DNA of 64,000 nt from Ranitomeya imitator (Eukaryota): contig NC_091285.1 of NCBI RefSeq assembly GCF_032444005.1, forward strand, positions 293,508,001 to 293,572,000, read 5' to 3'. Under the pieces are notes generated by a model that made no database searches, was not told where the DNA came from, and was given only the letters and a program-made list of their open reading frames with translations. Of this stretch, positions 62,254-64,000 are shown piece after piece (within the stretch, counting starts at the first letter, position 1; the number at the start of each line of letters is the position of its first letter). The position numbers and the translations under genes are program-made.

Positions 62254-64000
62254 AAGTCTTTAGTAGGTCTATTACAATATGGTTCATCTTCTCGCATAAG
62301 CCGTTTGTTTGTGGATGATAGGCCGTCGTCCGGATCTTTTTGCAACCATACATATTACAGAATTCTCTGAAGATCTCTGATTCAAAGGCTGTACCTTGGT
62401 CGGTGAGAACCTGTTCTGGATATCCATGGGGTCTACAAAAGTACGTTTGGAACGCTTTGGCTGCTGTTTTTGCTGTCAGATCTTTTACGGGTCCTACTAC
62501 CAAGAAGCGTGAATAATGGTCCACGATGGTCAAGGCATAGACATAGCCGGACCGGCTTGGTGTCAACTTCACGTGGTCTATGGCTACAAGTTCAAGTGGT
62601 TGTTTGGTGATAATGGGCTGCAGTGGTGCTCTTTGGTTCTTTTGATCGTTTCTTCTGAGGTTGCACGGGCCACAGTTTCTGCACCACTGTTCGATTGATT
62701 TTCTCATCCCGACCCAATAAAATCTTTCTCTTAGAAGTACTTCTAACTTTTTCCAACCGAAGTGACCAGCACCATTATGGTAAGCTTCAAGGACCATCTT
62801 CACATCTTGTTTAGGCACGATAATCTGCCAAACCAATTCATGTGTTTTCGGATTGGTGTACCTTCTACAGAGCTTCCCTTGATACAGGAACATTTTGCCT
62901 CTCTCTTTCCAGAGTTGATGTGTCTCTTCTGGGGCATCCTTATTGGGATATGCACTTTGCTCAGTCAGCAGTTCCTTCACCAACTTCACAGCCGGATTGC
63001 TGTCTTTGGTGTCAGCCCATCTATGGTGTGCTAACGGATTAAAATTCACCTCTTGTTGTTTCTGATAGGTACTTGACTGATGATGTTTTGCCTTGGGATG
63101 ATGGAAGGCTGGTAGTTCAATTTCTTCAAGCTCCCCCGTTTCTTCTTCTACATCTCTCAAGTGTGGCATCCGGGATAGGGCATCGGCATTTCCATTCTTG
63201 CGACCTGCTCGATACTTGATTATGAAGTTGTAATTAGATAACCGGGCTATCCATCGCTGTTCTAACGCACCTAATTTGGCTGTGTCCAGATGGGTCAACG
63301 GATTGTTGTCAGTATAGACAATAAATTCTGCAGCGGCCAGATAGTGTTTGAAACGTTCAGTCACAGCCCAAACTACTGCCAGTAGTTCCAATTTGAAGGA
63401 GCTGCAATTTTCTGAATTTCTTTCAGTTGGCCGGAGCTTTCTACTTGCAAAGGCGATGACTTTCTCCCGACCTTCTTGCTTTTGTGACAGCACCGCTCCT
63501 AGTCCCACATTACTGGCATCGGTGTAGAGGATGAAAGGTTGATGGTAATCTGGGTATGCCAGAACCTCTTCTCAGGTTAGTGCCTTCTTTAGTTGTTCAA
63601 AGGAGTCTTCCCTTTCATCGTTCCACTGAAAAGGAGGGTTTCGGTTTGAAGGTTTCTTCGTCTGCCCTACCAAGGCGTCTTGCAAGGGTGCTGCCAACTT
63701 GGTAAATCCTTTTATAAATCTGCGATAGTAACCCACCAATCCCAGGAATTGCCTCACTTCTTTTGCGTTGGTAGGTCTTGGCCAATCCCTTATGGCGCTT
63801 ATTTTCTCGGGATCCGGTGCTACTCCCTCCGAACTCACGATGTGTCCCAGGTACTGTACCTTTGGCTTGAGAAGGTGACATTTGGAAGGCTTGATTTTCA
63901 TGCCATACCTGGATAAGGCTTCGAACACTTCTGCCAGGTCTTTTAAGTGTTGTTTGTAAGTCTTTGAGTAGACGATCACATCATCTAGGTACAGGAGGAC

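Larger units (their letters stand above)
58145..64000 (-). mobile_element. Second Ty3/Gypsy element (no chromodomain), running off the window end
   Basis: YLDD RT, YTDAS RNaseH and HHCC/DDE integrase on the minus strand; PPT AGGGGGAA just upstream of the LTR. Confidence 0.93.
59438..64000 (-). pseudogene. pol: Pol interrupted by an in-frame stop (63572-63574) and a 1865-bp insertion in the integrase
   Basis: Removing 60389-62266 restores MNHIVIDLLKTLPETERNQWPEKL in frame. Confidence 0.92.

Overview
Eukaryotic, transposon-saturated DNA with no host gene, rRNA, tRNA or CRISPR array that I can support. The repertoire points to an anuran amphibian genome (inference): a Gypsy chromovirus, a Neptune-like Penelope element, CR1, several Tc1 families, and hAT, Harbinger-like and TTAA MITEs. 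There are two N gaps. Main contents: a nearly intact chromodomain Gypsy (1278-6584), hAT transposase remnants inside a 3.5-kb tandem duplication, a Penelope RT/GIY-YIG element with an intact minimal hammerhead ribozyme, a CR1 LINE, an intact DD34E Tc1 with 200-bp TIRs, and a second Gypsy on the minus strand. The most interesting signal is a set of non-coding inserts with 11-15 bp target-site duplications and no terminal poly(A), several carrying ribozyme-like motifs. The best case is a 3.55-copy array of a ~525-bp unit inserted into the second Gypsy's integrase with a 13-bp TSD. Each unit junction can be drawn as an atypical HDV-like ribozyme whose predicted cleavage site lies within 1-3 nt of the insert's 3' end, suggesting a retrozyme-like family that uses a non-hammerhead ribozyme. 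All alignments and folds were done by eye and need computational and biochemical confirmation.
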